Shown here in pieces: positions 51,088 to 60,357 of a stretch of 64,000 nucleotides of DNA. This DNA comes from Dyella sp. (GTDB lineage: Bacteria; Pseudomonadota; Gammaproteobacteria; Xanthomonadales; Rhodanobacteraceae), in the NCBI RefSeq assembly GCF_035503745.1, contig NZ_DATJTC010000002.1, positions 14,736 to 78,735 on the forward strand, given 5' to 3'. Within the stretch, counting starts at the first letter, position 1. Each line of letters starts with the position of its first letter. The notes under the pieces were generated by a model that saw only the letters and a list, made by a program, of their open reading frames with translations, was not told the DNA's origin and made no database searches. Both the position numbers and the translations under genes were made by a program.

Positions 51088-52248
51088 TCACTCCACAGGG
51101 TGCGCGATGCCGCCGATCCAGGTTTCGCGCACCGTCAGCGTATCGTCCATGACTGCGAAATCGGCGCTGTAGCCTGCGGCGATACGTCCATGCGTGCGCT
51201 CCAGGCCGATCCACGCGGCGGGATAGGCGCTGGCCATGCGAGAAGCCTCGGCCAGCGGCACCCCAAGCATGTGCACGGTGTTGCGCAAGGCGCCGGCCAT
51301 GTCCAGGCCCGAGCCTGCCAGCACGCCGGCCTCGTTCTGGCAGATGCCCTCGCGCATCACGATGGTCTGGCCGTTGAGCACGTAGTCGGGGCGGTCGCTG
51401 CCCACCGGCGGCATCGCGTCGGTGACCAGTACGCACTTGCCGCGCGCTTTGGCGGCCAGTGCCACGCGCAAGGTTGCCGGGTGCACGTGGTGGCCGTCCA
51501 CGATCAATCCGCACCAGCTGTGCGGATCGTCCAGCGCCGCGCCGACCACGCCGGGATCGCGGCTCGCCAGCGGCGTCATGGCGTTGAAAAGATGCGTGAA
51601 GCCGCTTACGCCGGCATCGAGTGCGGCGCGGGTGGTGGCGTAGTCGGCGCCGGTGTGTCCGGCCACGACGATCACGCCGGCCGCGCTGAGGCGGGCGATG
51701 ACTTGCGGCGACACTTCGTCGGGCGCGAGCGTCAGCATCACCGGTCCGCGGTGCGCGGCGATCAGTGCTTCGATGTCGCTCTCGTCGGGATGCCGGAACA
51801 GCGCGGCGTTATGGATGCCCTTGCGTGCGCTGGCGAGGAACGGCCCTTCCACGTGAATGCCCAGGATGCCTGGGACCCGTTGTTCGATCGCCTCGTCCAC
51901 CGCTGCGAGCGCGGCGTGCATCTGCTCGGCGGTATCGGTGATCAGCGTGGGCAGCATGCCGGTGGTGCCGTACTTGCGATGCGCCTGCGCGATGCCGCGC
52001 AGCGTTTCCACCGTCGGCGCGTCGTTGAACAGCAGGCCCCCGCCGCCGTTGACTTGCACGTCGATGAAGCCGGGCAGCAGCAGATGGCCGTGCAGATCGT
52101 GCCGCTGCGCATCGTTCACGCGCGGATCGTCGTGCGCGACGATGGCCACGATGCGCCTGCCGCGCACCAGCACGGCAAGGCCCTCGCGCGGGCCGTGGTC
52201 GCCCAGCACGCGTCCATGGACCAGGGCAATCAGCGGATTGGCGGGCAT
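51088..52248 (-). CDS. nagA: N-acetylglucosamine-6-phosphate deacetylase
   Basis: PGFIDVQVNG, HVEGPF, THLFNAM, DGHHVHP, VTDAM, LAGS. Confidence 0.96.
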   Translation of the reverse strand: MPANPLIALVHGRVLGDHGPREGLAVLVRGRRIVAIVAHDDPRVNDAQRHDLHGHLLLPGFIDVQVNGGGGLLFNDAPTVETLRGIAQAHRKYGTTGMLPTLITDTAEQMHAALAAVDEAIEQRVPGILGIHVEGPFLASARKGIHNAALFRHPDESDIEALIAAHRGPVMLTLAPDEVSPQVIARLSAAGVIVVAGHTGADYATTRAALDAGVSGFTHLFNAMTPLASRDPGVVGAALDDPHSWCGLIVDGHHVHPATLRVALAAKARGKCVLVTDAMPPVGSDRPDYVLNGQTIVMREGICQNEAGVLAGSGLDMAGALRNTVHMLGVPLAEASRMASAYPAAWIGLERTHGRIAAGYSADFAVMDDTLTVRETWIGGIAHPVE

Positions 52249-53282
52249 CACACGGTCTCCGTGACCTTGCGCAGGTGCGGCGGCACATCCGGGTCGTAGC
52301 CGCGCGCGAGCGACAAGGCGCTGGCCGCGCGATAGAAACTCTGCACCGCCAGCAACGGCGTCACGATCGGTTCGATGCCGGTGGGCAGCGGCAACGCATC
52401 GTCGCCTTGCGCGCCGGGTGCGGCCACCCATACGCGTGCGCCGCGCGCGCGAAATTCGGCCGCCAGCGCCAGGGTGTTTTGCAACGTGCCGTCGTCCTGC
52501 GCGAGGAACAGCACGGGAAAACCCGCGCCGACCAGCGCCATCGGTCCGTGCTTGACTTCGGCCGCGCTGAACGCCTCGGCGTGCAGGCCGCAGGTTTCCT
52601 TCAATTTCAGCGCCACTTCCAGTGCGGCGCCGAAGCCGTAGCCGCGGCCGACGACGTAGAGATTGTGCACCTGGACCAAGCCGCGCTCGAGCGCACTCCA
52701 GTCGCCTTCCCAGCCGCGGCGAAGATCGCCGGGCAGGCGTGCGATTGCCGCATGCAGGGCGTCGTCGTTGTTCCAATGCGCAGTCAGCTGCAGGATCGCG
52801 GCGAGCGTCGCCAGATAACTTTTGGTCGCCGCCACGCTTTGTTCGGGGCCGGCGCGCAGCGGAATCACCGTATGCGCGAGCGCGGCCAGCGGCGAATCTT
52901 CCACGTTGACCATCGCCACCACATAGGCACCGGCATCCTTGGCCGCCTGTGCGCTGCGCAAAAGATCGGGGCTTTTGCCCGATTGCGAGATGGCCAGGAA
53001 CAGCGCGCCCTCCACCTTGAGGTTGGCGTCGTAGATCGATGCGATCGAGGGCGACGCCGACGCCGTGACCAGGCCAAGGCGCGTTTCGAACACGTATTTG
53101 GCGTACGCCGCCGCATGATCGGAACTGCCGCGTGCGCAGGTCACGATGAAGCGCGGCGGCTGCGCGCGCAGCCGTTCGCCCAGCGCTTTGAGCAGCGATG
53201 CGTTCTGCGCCAGCTGGCGCTCCACCGCTGCGGCGCTTTCCTGCGCCTCGTTGTACATCAGGGTGTCAGGAGCGGATTTCAT
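52248..53282 (-). CDS. nagB: glucosamine-6-phosphate deaminase, SIS type (NagB-II)
   Basis: ARGSSDHAA, SQSGKSPDL, AGPEQSVAATKSY, LKLKETCGLHAEAFS. Confidence 0.9.
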   Translation of the reverse strand: MKSAPDTLMYNEAQESAAAVERQLAQNASLLKALGERLRAQPPRFIVTCARGSSDHAAAYAKYVFETRLGLVTASASPSIASIYDANLKVEGALFLAISQSGKSPDLLRSAQAAKDAGAYVVAMVNVEDSPLAALAHTVIPLRAGPEQSVAATKSYLATLAAILQLTAHWNNDDALHAAIARLPGDLRRGWEGDWSALERGLVQVHNLYVVGRGYGFGAALEVALKLKETCGLHAEAFSAAEVKHGPMALVGAGFPVLFLAQDDGTLQNTLALAAEFRARGARVWVAAPGAQGDDALPLPTGIEPIVTPLLAVQSFYRAASALSLARGYDPDVPPHLRKVTETV

Positions 53283-53414
53283 GGGGACTCCGGGGAAAAG
53301 AAAAAGTGCAGCAGGCGCCGCCACGCATCGCGGTGCGATGCGCGCGAACGGCTCGCTGGGTGGGGTGACAAAATGAGCATGGCGCGCCGACGCGAGGATG
53401 CCGGCGCAACGGCA

Positions 53415-54443
53415 TCAGGTCTGGCGCGGCGGCGCGGTCGAACCGCGCACCACCAGTTCGGGCATGAAGCCTTCGTTGGCCGGTTCCGGACCTTGGTTCT
53501 GCAAGCTGGTGATCAGGTGCAGGGCGGCATGCGCGCCAATTTCGCTGGTCGATTGCCGCGCGGTGGTCAAGGCGGGCCACGCCTGCTTGGAAAACGGACT
53601 GTCCTCGAACCCGGCGATGGAAAGATCCCAGGGCACGTCCAGCCCCGCCGAGCGCGCGGCGGCCAGCACACCCGCGGCGATCTCGTCGTTGCAACCGAAG
53701 ATCGCGGTGGGCGGTTCTTTCAGGGCAAGCAGTTTGCGCGCGCCGCGGAAGCCATCGTCGAACGCATAGCGGCCGGGCAGGATCAGCTTGCGGTTGATCG
53801 GGATGCCGTAGTCCTTCAAGGCGTCCGCGTAGCCTTGATAGCGCTCCGGGCTGGAGCGGTGGTGCGGTTCGCCCCACAGGAAGCCGATACGCGTATGGCC
53901 CAGTTGAATCAGGTGCTCGGTAATCGCGTAGGCCGCGTCGTGGTCGTCCACGTAGACGCAGGGCATGCCGTCCTGCGGATCCTCGCGCGAGGCAATGATG
54001 CGCACGAAGGCCACGCCGCTGGCTTTGAGCTTGGCCAGCAGCGTGGACTGTTCGGACATCGGCGGCGCCAGGATCAGCCCGGCCAGGCGCGCACGCTGCA
54101 CCAGCGCGATCAGGTCCTCGGCCAAATGCGGGGCGGTCGAATCGCACGGGTAGATCTGCAAGCCGAAGCCGCGTTCGCGGCAGGCCGAAAGCACGCCGTT
54201 CTGCATGTCGATCACGTAGTGCGCGTTCGGGTTGTCGTAGACCAGGCCGATCGCATAAGCGTGCGAGCTGCTGCGCAGGCTGCGTGCGGAGGGGTCCGGG
54301 TGGTAGCCCAGTTGCTCGATCGCCCGTTCCACTTTCTCGCGGGTTTCCGGGCGAACCGCTGCCTCGTGATTGATTACGCGCGACACCGTTTTCAGCGAAA
54401 CGCCGGCGTGTCTGGCGACATCCTTGATGGTGGGACTGTGCAA
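53415..54443 (-). CDS. nagR: LacI family regulator NagR
   Basis: TIKDVARHAGVSLKTVSRVIN; TTG start; inside the nag locus. Confidence 0.88.
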   Translation of the reverse strand: MHSPTIKDVARHAGVSLKTVSRVINHEAAVRPETREKVERAIEQLGYHPDPSARSLRSSSHAYAIGLVYDNPNAHYVIDMQNGVLSACRERGFGLQIYPCDSTAPHLAEDLIALVQRARLAGLILAPPMSEQSTLLAKLKASGVAFVRIIASREDPQDGMPCVYVDDHDAAYAITEHLIQLGHTRIGFLWGEPHHRSSPERYQGYADALKDYGIPINRKLILPGRYAFDDGFRGARKLLALKEPPTAIFGCNDEIAAGVLAAARSAGLDVPWDLSIAGFEDSPFSKQAWPALTTARQSTSEIGAHAALHLITSLQNQGPEPANEGFMPELVVRGSTAPPRQT

Positions 54444-54541
54444 CGAAAAATCCTCCCGGGTGTCGGGTGGGCATCGTAGCCCAGTCACCGGGTGTAGTGG
54501 TGGCCGCAAGGGTGCCGGCGCCTGACATCGCTAAGTATGCC

Positions 54542-55828
54542 TCAGCCTGCGTGGTTGCCCACGTTATGTCCGCGCATCCCGTAGTAAAGGATGTAGAGAT
54601 AACACGGCACTATGACAATCAGGAAGGCGAGCTGGAAGTCGATGTGCTGCTTGAGGTGCACGAACACCTGCGGCAACAGCGCGCCGCCGACGATGCCCAT
54701 CACCAGCACGGCCGAGCCCAGTTCGGTGTGGCTGCCCAGGCCCTTGATCGCCAGCGGGAAAATGGCCGGCCACATCATGGCGTTGGCGAAACCCAGCGCG
54801 GCGACGAATGCCACCGATACATAGCCGTGTGTGACGTAGGCGCCGAAGGCTAACACTACGCCCAGCACCGCCGAAACGGCCAGGTAGCGCTGCTGCGAAA
54901 TGAACCGCGGAATCAGCACCGAACCGACCAGGTAGCCGGCCAGCATCGAGGCCATGGTGTAGGTGGTGAAATGCGAAGTCACCTGCAGGGGCAGTCCAAA
55001 GCCCTGGCCGTAGGTATTGATCGCATCGCCCGCCATCACTTCCACGCCCACGTACACGAACAGGCACAGCACGCCCAGCCACAGATGCGGGAAGCTGAAA
55101 ATGCCGCCCTGGGCATGGCCGATCGAACGTTCGCTGTTGGCGCCGGAAGGCTTGATCTCCGGCAGCGAGGAAAACACGATCCAGATCGCCAGTACCACCA
55201 GCAGGCCGGCCAGGCTCATATACGGCCAAAACACGCGGGCGGCGAATTCATTGAGCAGGGCTTCGCGGGCCGGGCCCTGGGCCATGGTGGTCACCTGGCC
55301 AAGGAAGGCATCGATGCCCGCCATCACCAGCGCGCCGAACGCCAGCGGCGCCAGCGCGCCGGCCACCTTGTTGCAGATGCCCATCAGCGCGATGCGCTGC
55401 GCGGCGCTATCGATCGGCCCGAGAATGCTGATGTACGGATTGGATGCGGTCTGCAGCAGCGACAGCCCCGCGCCGATCACGAACAAGCCGGCCAGCGCGC
55501 CCGGATATACGCGGATGCGGACGAATTGGCCGAACACCGCCGCGCCGATGGCCATGATGAAAAGCCCCAGCACCATGCCTTTTTTCATGCCGGTGCGCTT
55601 GAGCACGGCGCCCGCGGGCAAGGCAAGAAAGAAGTAGGACATGTAGAACGCAAAGGGCACCAGGAAAGCATTGATGTCGTCGAGCGTAAAAGCCACCTTC
55701 ACGAACGAAATCAGCGGACCGTTGAGCCAGGTGAAAAATCCCATGACGAAAAACAGCACGCCGATGATCAGCATGGGCAGCAGTGTCGACGTGCGAGGCG
55801 CGTCGGCGGTGTACGTGGTGGACGACAT
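54542..55828 (-). CDS. nagP: MFS GlcNAc transporter (FucP/GluP family, NagP)
   Basis: 12-TM pattern, WLNGPLI, LQTASNPY, YVGVEV, MWPAIFPL. Confidence 0.88.
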   Translation of the reverse strand: MSSTTYTADAPRTSTLLPMLIIGVLFFVMGFFTWLNGPLISFVKVAFTLDDINAFLVPFAFYMSYFFLALPAGAVLKRTGMKKGMVLGLFIMAIGAAVFGQFVRIRVYPGALAGLFVIGAGLSLLQTASNPYISILGPIDSAAQRIALMGICNKVAGALAPLAFGALVMAGIDAFLGQVTTMAQGPAREALLNEFAARVFWPYMSLAGLLVVLAIWIVFSSLPEIKPSGANSERSIGHAQGGIFSFPHLWLGVLCLFVYVGVEVMAGDAINTYGQGFGLPLQVTSHFTTYTMASMLAGYLVGSVLIPRFISQQRYLAVSAVLGVVLAFGAYVTHGYVSVAFVAALGFANAMMWPAIFPLAIKGLGSHTELGSAVLVMGIVGGALLPQVFVHLKQHIDFQLAFLIVIVPCYLYILYYGMRGHNVGNHAG

Positions 55829-55902
55829 TTACGATTCCCCGTGGATAACGCGATGCCGACGATCATGCGACATCACCGTGACGGTCTTTATTGTCCTCAA
55901 GG

Positions 55903-55916
55903 CATAACGTTGTCAA
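55903..55916. promoter_or_regulatory. NagR-type operator (nagP side)
   Basis: CATAACGTTGTCAA, imperfect copy of the TGACAACGTTGTCA palindrome. Confidence 0.55.
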
Positions 55917-56134
55917 TGAAGGTGGACAAATTGGCCCCGACAACGTGCGTCATTTTACCTCGCCCGATTTAATTTCTTGGTGCGCCGCAACAGTTTGCCA
56001 CATAGGTCTTTTGGCCTAAATGGCATTCGGTAATGTATAAACAAATCAATAATTTAAATATCTAATCCCGCCCCGTCCGGCGATTATGTTTCGCGGCGCG
56101 GCAAACAGTCTTTGAAGGCCATCTTTACGACCTG

Positions 56135-56150
56135 TTGACAGCGTTGTCAT
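56135..56150. promoter_or_regulatory. NagR-type operator (nagK/TBDR side)
   Basis: TTGACAGCGTTGTCAT, one mismatch from a perfect 14-bp palindrome. Confidence 0.75.
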
Positions 56151-56243
56151 TCGTGACCAGACTCCGTCAACGAAAGTCGCGCAGAGCAGACCAGTGCCCA
56201 CGGATCGATCGGGCAGGCGCGACAGGCAACGCGAGGAGGGGGC

Positions 56244-57275
56244 GTGATACAGGCTGTAACACATGGCAACGTGCATTCGATGCCGTCGGCAGAGCTGGCG
56301 TTCCTCGCCGCCGATGTGGGCGGCACGCACGCGCGCATCGGCCTGGTCAGCCCGCGTCCGGATGGCCACCGTCCCGTCACGGTGCTGGAATACCGCCGCT
56401 ACGCCTGCGCCGAATGGCCCAGCCTCACCGCGGTGCTGAAGGATTTCGTTTCGCAGATGGCCGTCAACGTGCGCCTGGAACATTGCGCGGTGGCCAGCGC
56501 CGGTTATGTGCTGGGCGATGCGATCGTCAACGACAACCTGCCGTGGCCGGTATCGATCCGCGACATCCGCGAAACGCTCGGCATCTCCAGCCTGGCGGTG
56601 ATCAATGATTTCGAAGCCGTGGCCTATGCCACGCAGTTCATGACCCAGGCGGACACCACGCCGGTGATCGAGACCAGTTCGCCGCAGGTGAGCGGCCCGG
56701 TACTGGTGATGGGCCCGGGCACGGGCCTGGGTTCGGCCGTGCTGCTGCCGGGCAAACCGCACGCCACGGTGCTCGCCACCGAGGCGGGGCAGGTGGCGCT
56801 GGCGCCCGGCAACGAACTGGAGATCGAGATTCTGCGGCTGTTCGCGCGCGATCGTTCGTATGTGTCGTTCGAACAGGCCCTGTCGGGCCCGGGGCTGGTC
56901 AATCTCTACAACGCCATCTGCACGCTGCGCGGCATGAGACCTGCCTTGCGCATCCCGGCCGAGGTGACGCGCAGCGCGGTAGAAAAATCCGATGCCGCCG
57001 CCGTGGAGGCGCTGCACGTGTTTTGCGGATTGCTCGGCAGTTTCGTCGGCGATCTGGTGCTGCTCTACGGCGCGCGCGGCGGCGTGTATCTGGCCGGCGG
57101 GATCCTGCCGCAGATCCGCGATCTGCTGCTGACCAGCACGTTCGCCGAGCGGTTCTTCAACAAGGGCGTGATGCGCCCTTTCCTGCAACAGGTTCCCGTA
57201 CGACTGATGGAGCACGGCCAGCTGGGTGTCATCGGCGCTGCTGGCCTGTATTTGGACGGACAGCAGGCCCAGTGA
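56244..57275 (+). CDS. nagK: glucokinase-family sugar kinase (GlcNAc kinase NagK-II)
   Basis: ADVGGTHAR, INDFEAVA, GPGTGLG, TEAG, SGPGL, GGVYLAGG. Confidence 0.85.
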   Translation: MIQAVTHGNVHSMPSAELAFLAADVGGTHARIGLVSPRPDGHRPVTVLEYRRYACAEWPSLTAVLKDFVSQMAVNVRLEHCAVASAGYVLGDAIVNDNLPWPVSIRDIRETLGISSLAVINDFEAVAYATQFMTQADTTPVIETSSPQVSGPVLVMGPGTGLGSAVLLPGKPHATVLATEAGQVALAPGNELEIEILRLFARDRSYVSFEQALSGPGLVNLYNAICTLRGMRPALRIPAEVTRSAVEKSDAAAVEALHVFCGLLGSFVGDLVLLYGARGGVYLAGGILPQIRDLLLTSTFAERFFNKGVMRPFLQQVPVRLMEHGQLGVIGAAGLYLDGQQAQ

Positions 57276-57404
57276 GGGGCGCGCCGAGGTCATTTAGGAA
57301 CGAGGTTTTTTTCAACTAAACCGGGCGCAAGCCCATACGCCACACAGCACAGGCATGCCGCGAACATTTCCTGTGCTGAAAAACGCCTCTGAGGGGAGGA
57401 AGCC

Positions 57405-60212
57405 ATGTCACATCGTAAGACTCTACTAGCCGCGAGCATCTTCGCCGGATTGTGTATATCCGGTGCCCTGCATGCGCAGGACCAGAACCAGAACCAAAAC
57501 CAGAGCACGACCAACAACGGCGTCGGTGCCATCACCCAGAGCCAGCAGGACACCGCCCAGACGCACGGCGCCAGCGCGGCCAATGCCAAGCAGCTGGCTA
57601 CGGTTACGGTGACCGGCATCCGCGCCAGCTTGCAGGCGTCGATGGACACCAAGCGCAACGCCGACGCCATCGTCGATGCGATCACCGCCGAGGACATCGG
57701 CAAGTTCCCCGCCACCAACGTGGCCGAAGCGCTGGCCCAGGTACCGGGCGTCACGCTCGACCGCAGCATTCCGGGTACCCAGCGCGTCAGCATCGATGGC
57801 CTGGACCCCAGCCTCAACCTCAGCCTGCTCGACGGCCACCCGGTAGCGCAGGCGATCTGGCTGTTCGGCGACAACCCCAACCGCGGCTTCAACTATTCGC
57901 TGCTGCCGCCGGAAATCCTTGGCCAGCTGGAAATCGTCAAGAGCCCCGAGGCGCGCCTGGTTGAAGGCAGCCTGGGCGGCACGGTGCTGATGCACACGGT
58001 GCAGCCGCTGGACGTGGCGCCCAACACGTTGTCCGGTTCGTTCGGCACGAACTACAACGACATGGTCGGCCAGCAGCGTCCGAACGGCTCGGTGTTCTAC
58101 TCCTGGCACAACGCCGACAAGACCTTCGGCGTGGACGTTTCCGCCCAGCACTATGAGGAATACACCTCGCGCGAGGGCATGGAGAACTACGGCTACAGCA
58201 CCGTCGGTTCGATCGCCGCCGGCAACCCCGACATCGAGGCCGAGCTTGCGTCGGGCAAGATCAAGGCCAGCGACCTGATCCCCAACCAGCTGAGCGCCGC
58301 CAACTTCCAGCAGATCGAAAAGCGCAACAGCATCCTGGTCAACCTGCAGTACAAGCCCAACGAGAGCATCGAGAGCACGCTCAGCCTGATGTACATGAAG
58401 GACGGGCTGGATAACACCAACCAGTCGATGTATCCGTGGGCGACCAACCGGCCGGCGGGCATCACCTCGCTGACCGAAGGCCCCAACGGCATCATCACCG
58501 GCGGCACCTCGGTGGGTACGCCCTGCTACAACTCCACCTCCTGCACCAGCACCGCCTCCACCTTCTCCGATAACTACGCGCGCCAGTCGATGGTGAGCAC
58601 CAAGGGTATCGACTGGAAGGGCACCTACTTCGGCGACGGCTGGCGCCTGGCCGCAGACGTGGGCGTAAGCTCTTCGCGCAACCCGATGACCTCCTTCATC
58701 AAGGAGATCTACTACGGCGGCGGCTTCACCTGGAACATCAACAACGGTGTGCAGTTCACCGATCCGTCCACCGCCAACAATCCCAACTACTGGGCCGACA
58801 ACGGCTGGGGCGGCAACGAGGAAACCCTGCTCTACAAGGCCAGGGACACCTACGGCCAGCTCGATTTCAGCAAGGATTTCGACGGCTTCTTCAATGAACT
58901 GCTGGTCGGCGTGCGCTGGGCCAGCCACTGGGAAAGCCAGGTCGAACAGGCCTATACCGGTCCGCAGCAGCTGACGCTGAACCAGATCGGCTACGGCGGC
59001 CTGACCAATCTGTCGGGCCTGAGCGACCTGGGCCTTTCCGACAGCTTCGTCACCCACGTGCAGACGCTGGGCTTGAACGCGATCAAGAACGCCGTGCTCA
59101 GCACGCCCGGTTTCGGCGCTTCGCGCGATGCGAACGTGTACTTCGACAACACCTGGGCCGTGCAGCAGCAGAATGAAGCGGCCTATGCGCAGCTGAACTT
59201 CGGCAACGACGACGTGCACGGCAACTTCGGCCTGCGTTTCGTGCGTACCCAGTTCAACTCCTCGGGCTACAACGTTCCCAGCACGTGCTCCGCCGACGAT
59301 ACGTTCAACTGCTACTTCCCGGCGGGCTTTGGCTGGGTCACGCAGAAAACCACCTACGACAACGTGCTGCCCGCGGCCAACATCGCGTGGAACGTCACGC
59401 CGGATGTCATCCTGCGTGCTGCAGCGTCGGAAACCGTTGCGTATGCGCCGTACAACCAGCTGGCCCCGTACTTCGAAGCCAACGACACGGTGCTCACGGC
59501 CAGCGGCGGCAATCCCAACCTCAAGCCCTATCGTTCGGCGAACTTCGACGCGTCGGCCGAGTGGTACTTCAACTCCGAGTCGGTGCTTGCCGCGTCCGTG
59601 TTCTACAAGGACGTGCTCAACTACATCGTCAACGCAGCCACCACCCAGTCGCGCATCAACGGTTCCTGGACCCTGCCCGGCTATCTGCAGAGCGAAGGCA
59701 ATGCACAGATCGCGGCGGGCCTTTGCACCGCGGCGGGTATCTGCCAGTACGACGTGACTGCGCCGGTGAACGGCGGTCGCGCCAAGGTGAAGGGCGCCAC
59801 GCTGAGCTATCAGCAGGCCTTCGGTGAAAGCGGCTTCGGCATGCGCGCCAACTACACCTACTCCGACGGCCGCACCGAAAGCGGCGGCTGGCTGCCGTAC
59901 AACTCGAAGAACTCCTACAACATCGGGCCGTACTTCGAGAAGGGACCGTACAGCGCAAGCGTGTCTTACAACTACCGCGACGATTATCTCGCCGGCGGTT
60001 ACGTGGCCGGCGCGCCGTCCACCTATGTGTCCGGCTTCAAGGAGTTGGATGGTTCGGCCGGCTATCAGTTCAACAAGAACTTCGGCCTCACGCTCAACAT
60101 GCTCAACCTGCTCAACGAAAAGTACTACGCGTACCTGGGCAGCAAGACGCAGTTGTCGGAAGAGTATGTAACCGGTCGCCAGTTCATGCTCGAAGCGCAC
60201 TTCAAGTTCTGA
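57405..60212 (+). CDS. TonB-dependent receptor (carbohydrate/chito-oligosaccharide uptake)
   Basis: Signal peptide, TonB-box-like TVTVTG, plug AEDIGKFP.TNVAEAL, NPNLKPY, C-terminal Phe; GGAGG RBS. Confidence 0.95.
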   Translation: MSHRKTLLAASIFAGLCISGALHAQDQNQNQNQSTTNNGVGAITQSQQDTAQTHGASAANAKQLATVTVTGIRASLQASMDTKRNADAIVDAITAEDIGKFPATNVAEALAQVPGVTLDRSIPGTQRVSIDGLDPSLNLSLLDGHPVAQAIWLFGDNPNRGFNYSLLPPEILGQLEIVKSPEARLVEGSLGGTVLMHTVQPLDVAPNTLSGSFGTNYNDMVGQQRPNGSVFYSWHNADKTFGVDVSAQHYEEYTSREGMENYGYSTVGSIAAGNPDIEAELASGKIKASDLIPNQLSAANFQQIEKRNSILVNLQYKPNESIESTLSLMYMKDGLDNTNQSMYPWATNRPAGITSLTEGPNGIITGGTSVGTPCYNSTSCTSTASTFSDNYARQSMVSTKGIDWKGTYFGDGWRLAADVGVSSSRNPMTSFIKEIYYGGGFTWNINNGVQFTDPSTANNPNYWADNGWGGNEETLLYKARDTYGQLDFSKDFDGFFNELLVGVRWASHWESQVEQAYTGPQQLTLNQIGYGGLTNLSGLSDLGLSDSFVTHVQTLGLNAIKNAVLSTPGFGASRDANVYFDNTWAVQQQNEAAYAQLNFGNDDVHGNFGLRFVRTQFNSSGYNVPSTCSADDTFNCYFPAGFGWVTQKTTYDNVLPAANIAWNVTPDVILRAAASETVAYAPYNQLAPYFEANDTVLTASGGNPNLKPYRSANFDASAEWYFNSESVLAASVFYKDVLNYIVNAATTQSRINGSWTLPGYLQSEGNAQIAAGLCTAAGICQYDVTAPVNGGRAKVKGATLSYQQAFGESGFGMRANYTYSDGRTESGGWLPYNSKNSYNIGPYFEKGPYSASVSYNYRDDYLAGGYVAGAPSTYVSGFKELDGSAGYQFNKNFGLTLNMLNLLNEKYYAYLGSKTQLSEEYVTGRQFMLEAHFKF

Positions 60213-60244
60213 TCCAAAGCTCGACCTTTCTTCTTCCCCGCCAA

Positions 60245-60277
60245 GGACCTGGCGATCTTGCCAGGTCCGTTTTTTTT
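60245..60277 (+). terminator. Rho-independent terminator
   Basis: GGACCTGGC-GATCTT-GCCAGGTCC then GTTTTTTTT. Confidence 0.88.
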
Positions 60278-60357
60278 CAAGCGGGGACGTCGATCGCAAC
60301 AAAGGCCCGCAACGCCGGCTACCGGCGTTGCCGCGGCCGCCTTGCCGGAGAGGCTGC

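Noticed and set aside
57478-57504. AACCAG hexamer repeat (QNQNQNQ) in the TonB-dependent receptor as a phase-variation tract
   Set aside because: In-frame, imperfect and short; lies in a disordered linker, so slippage would not switch expression
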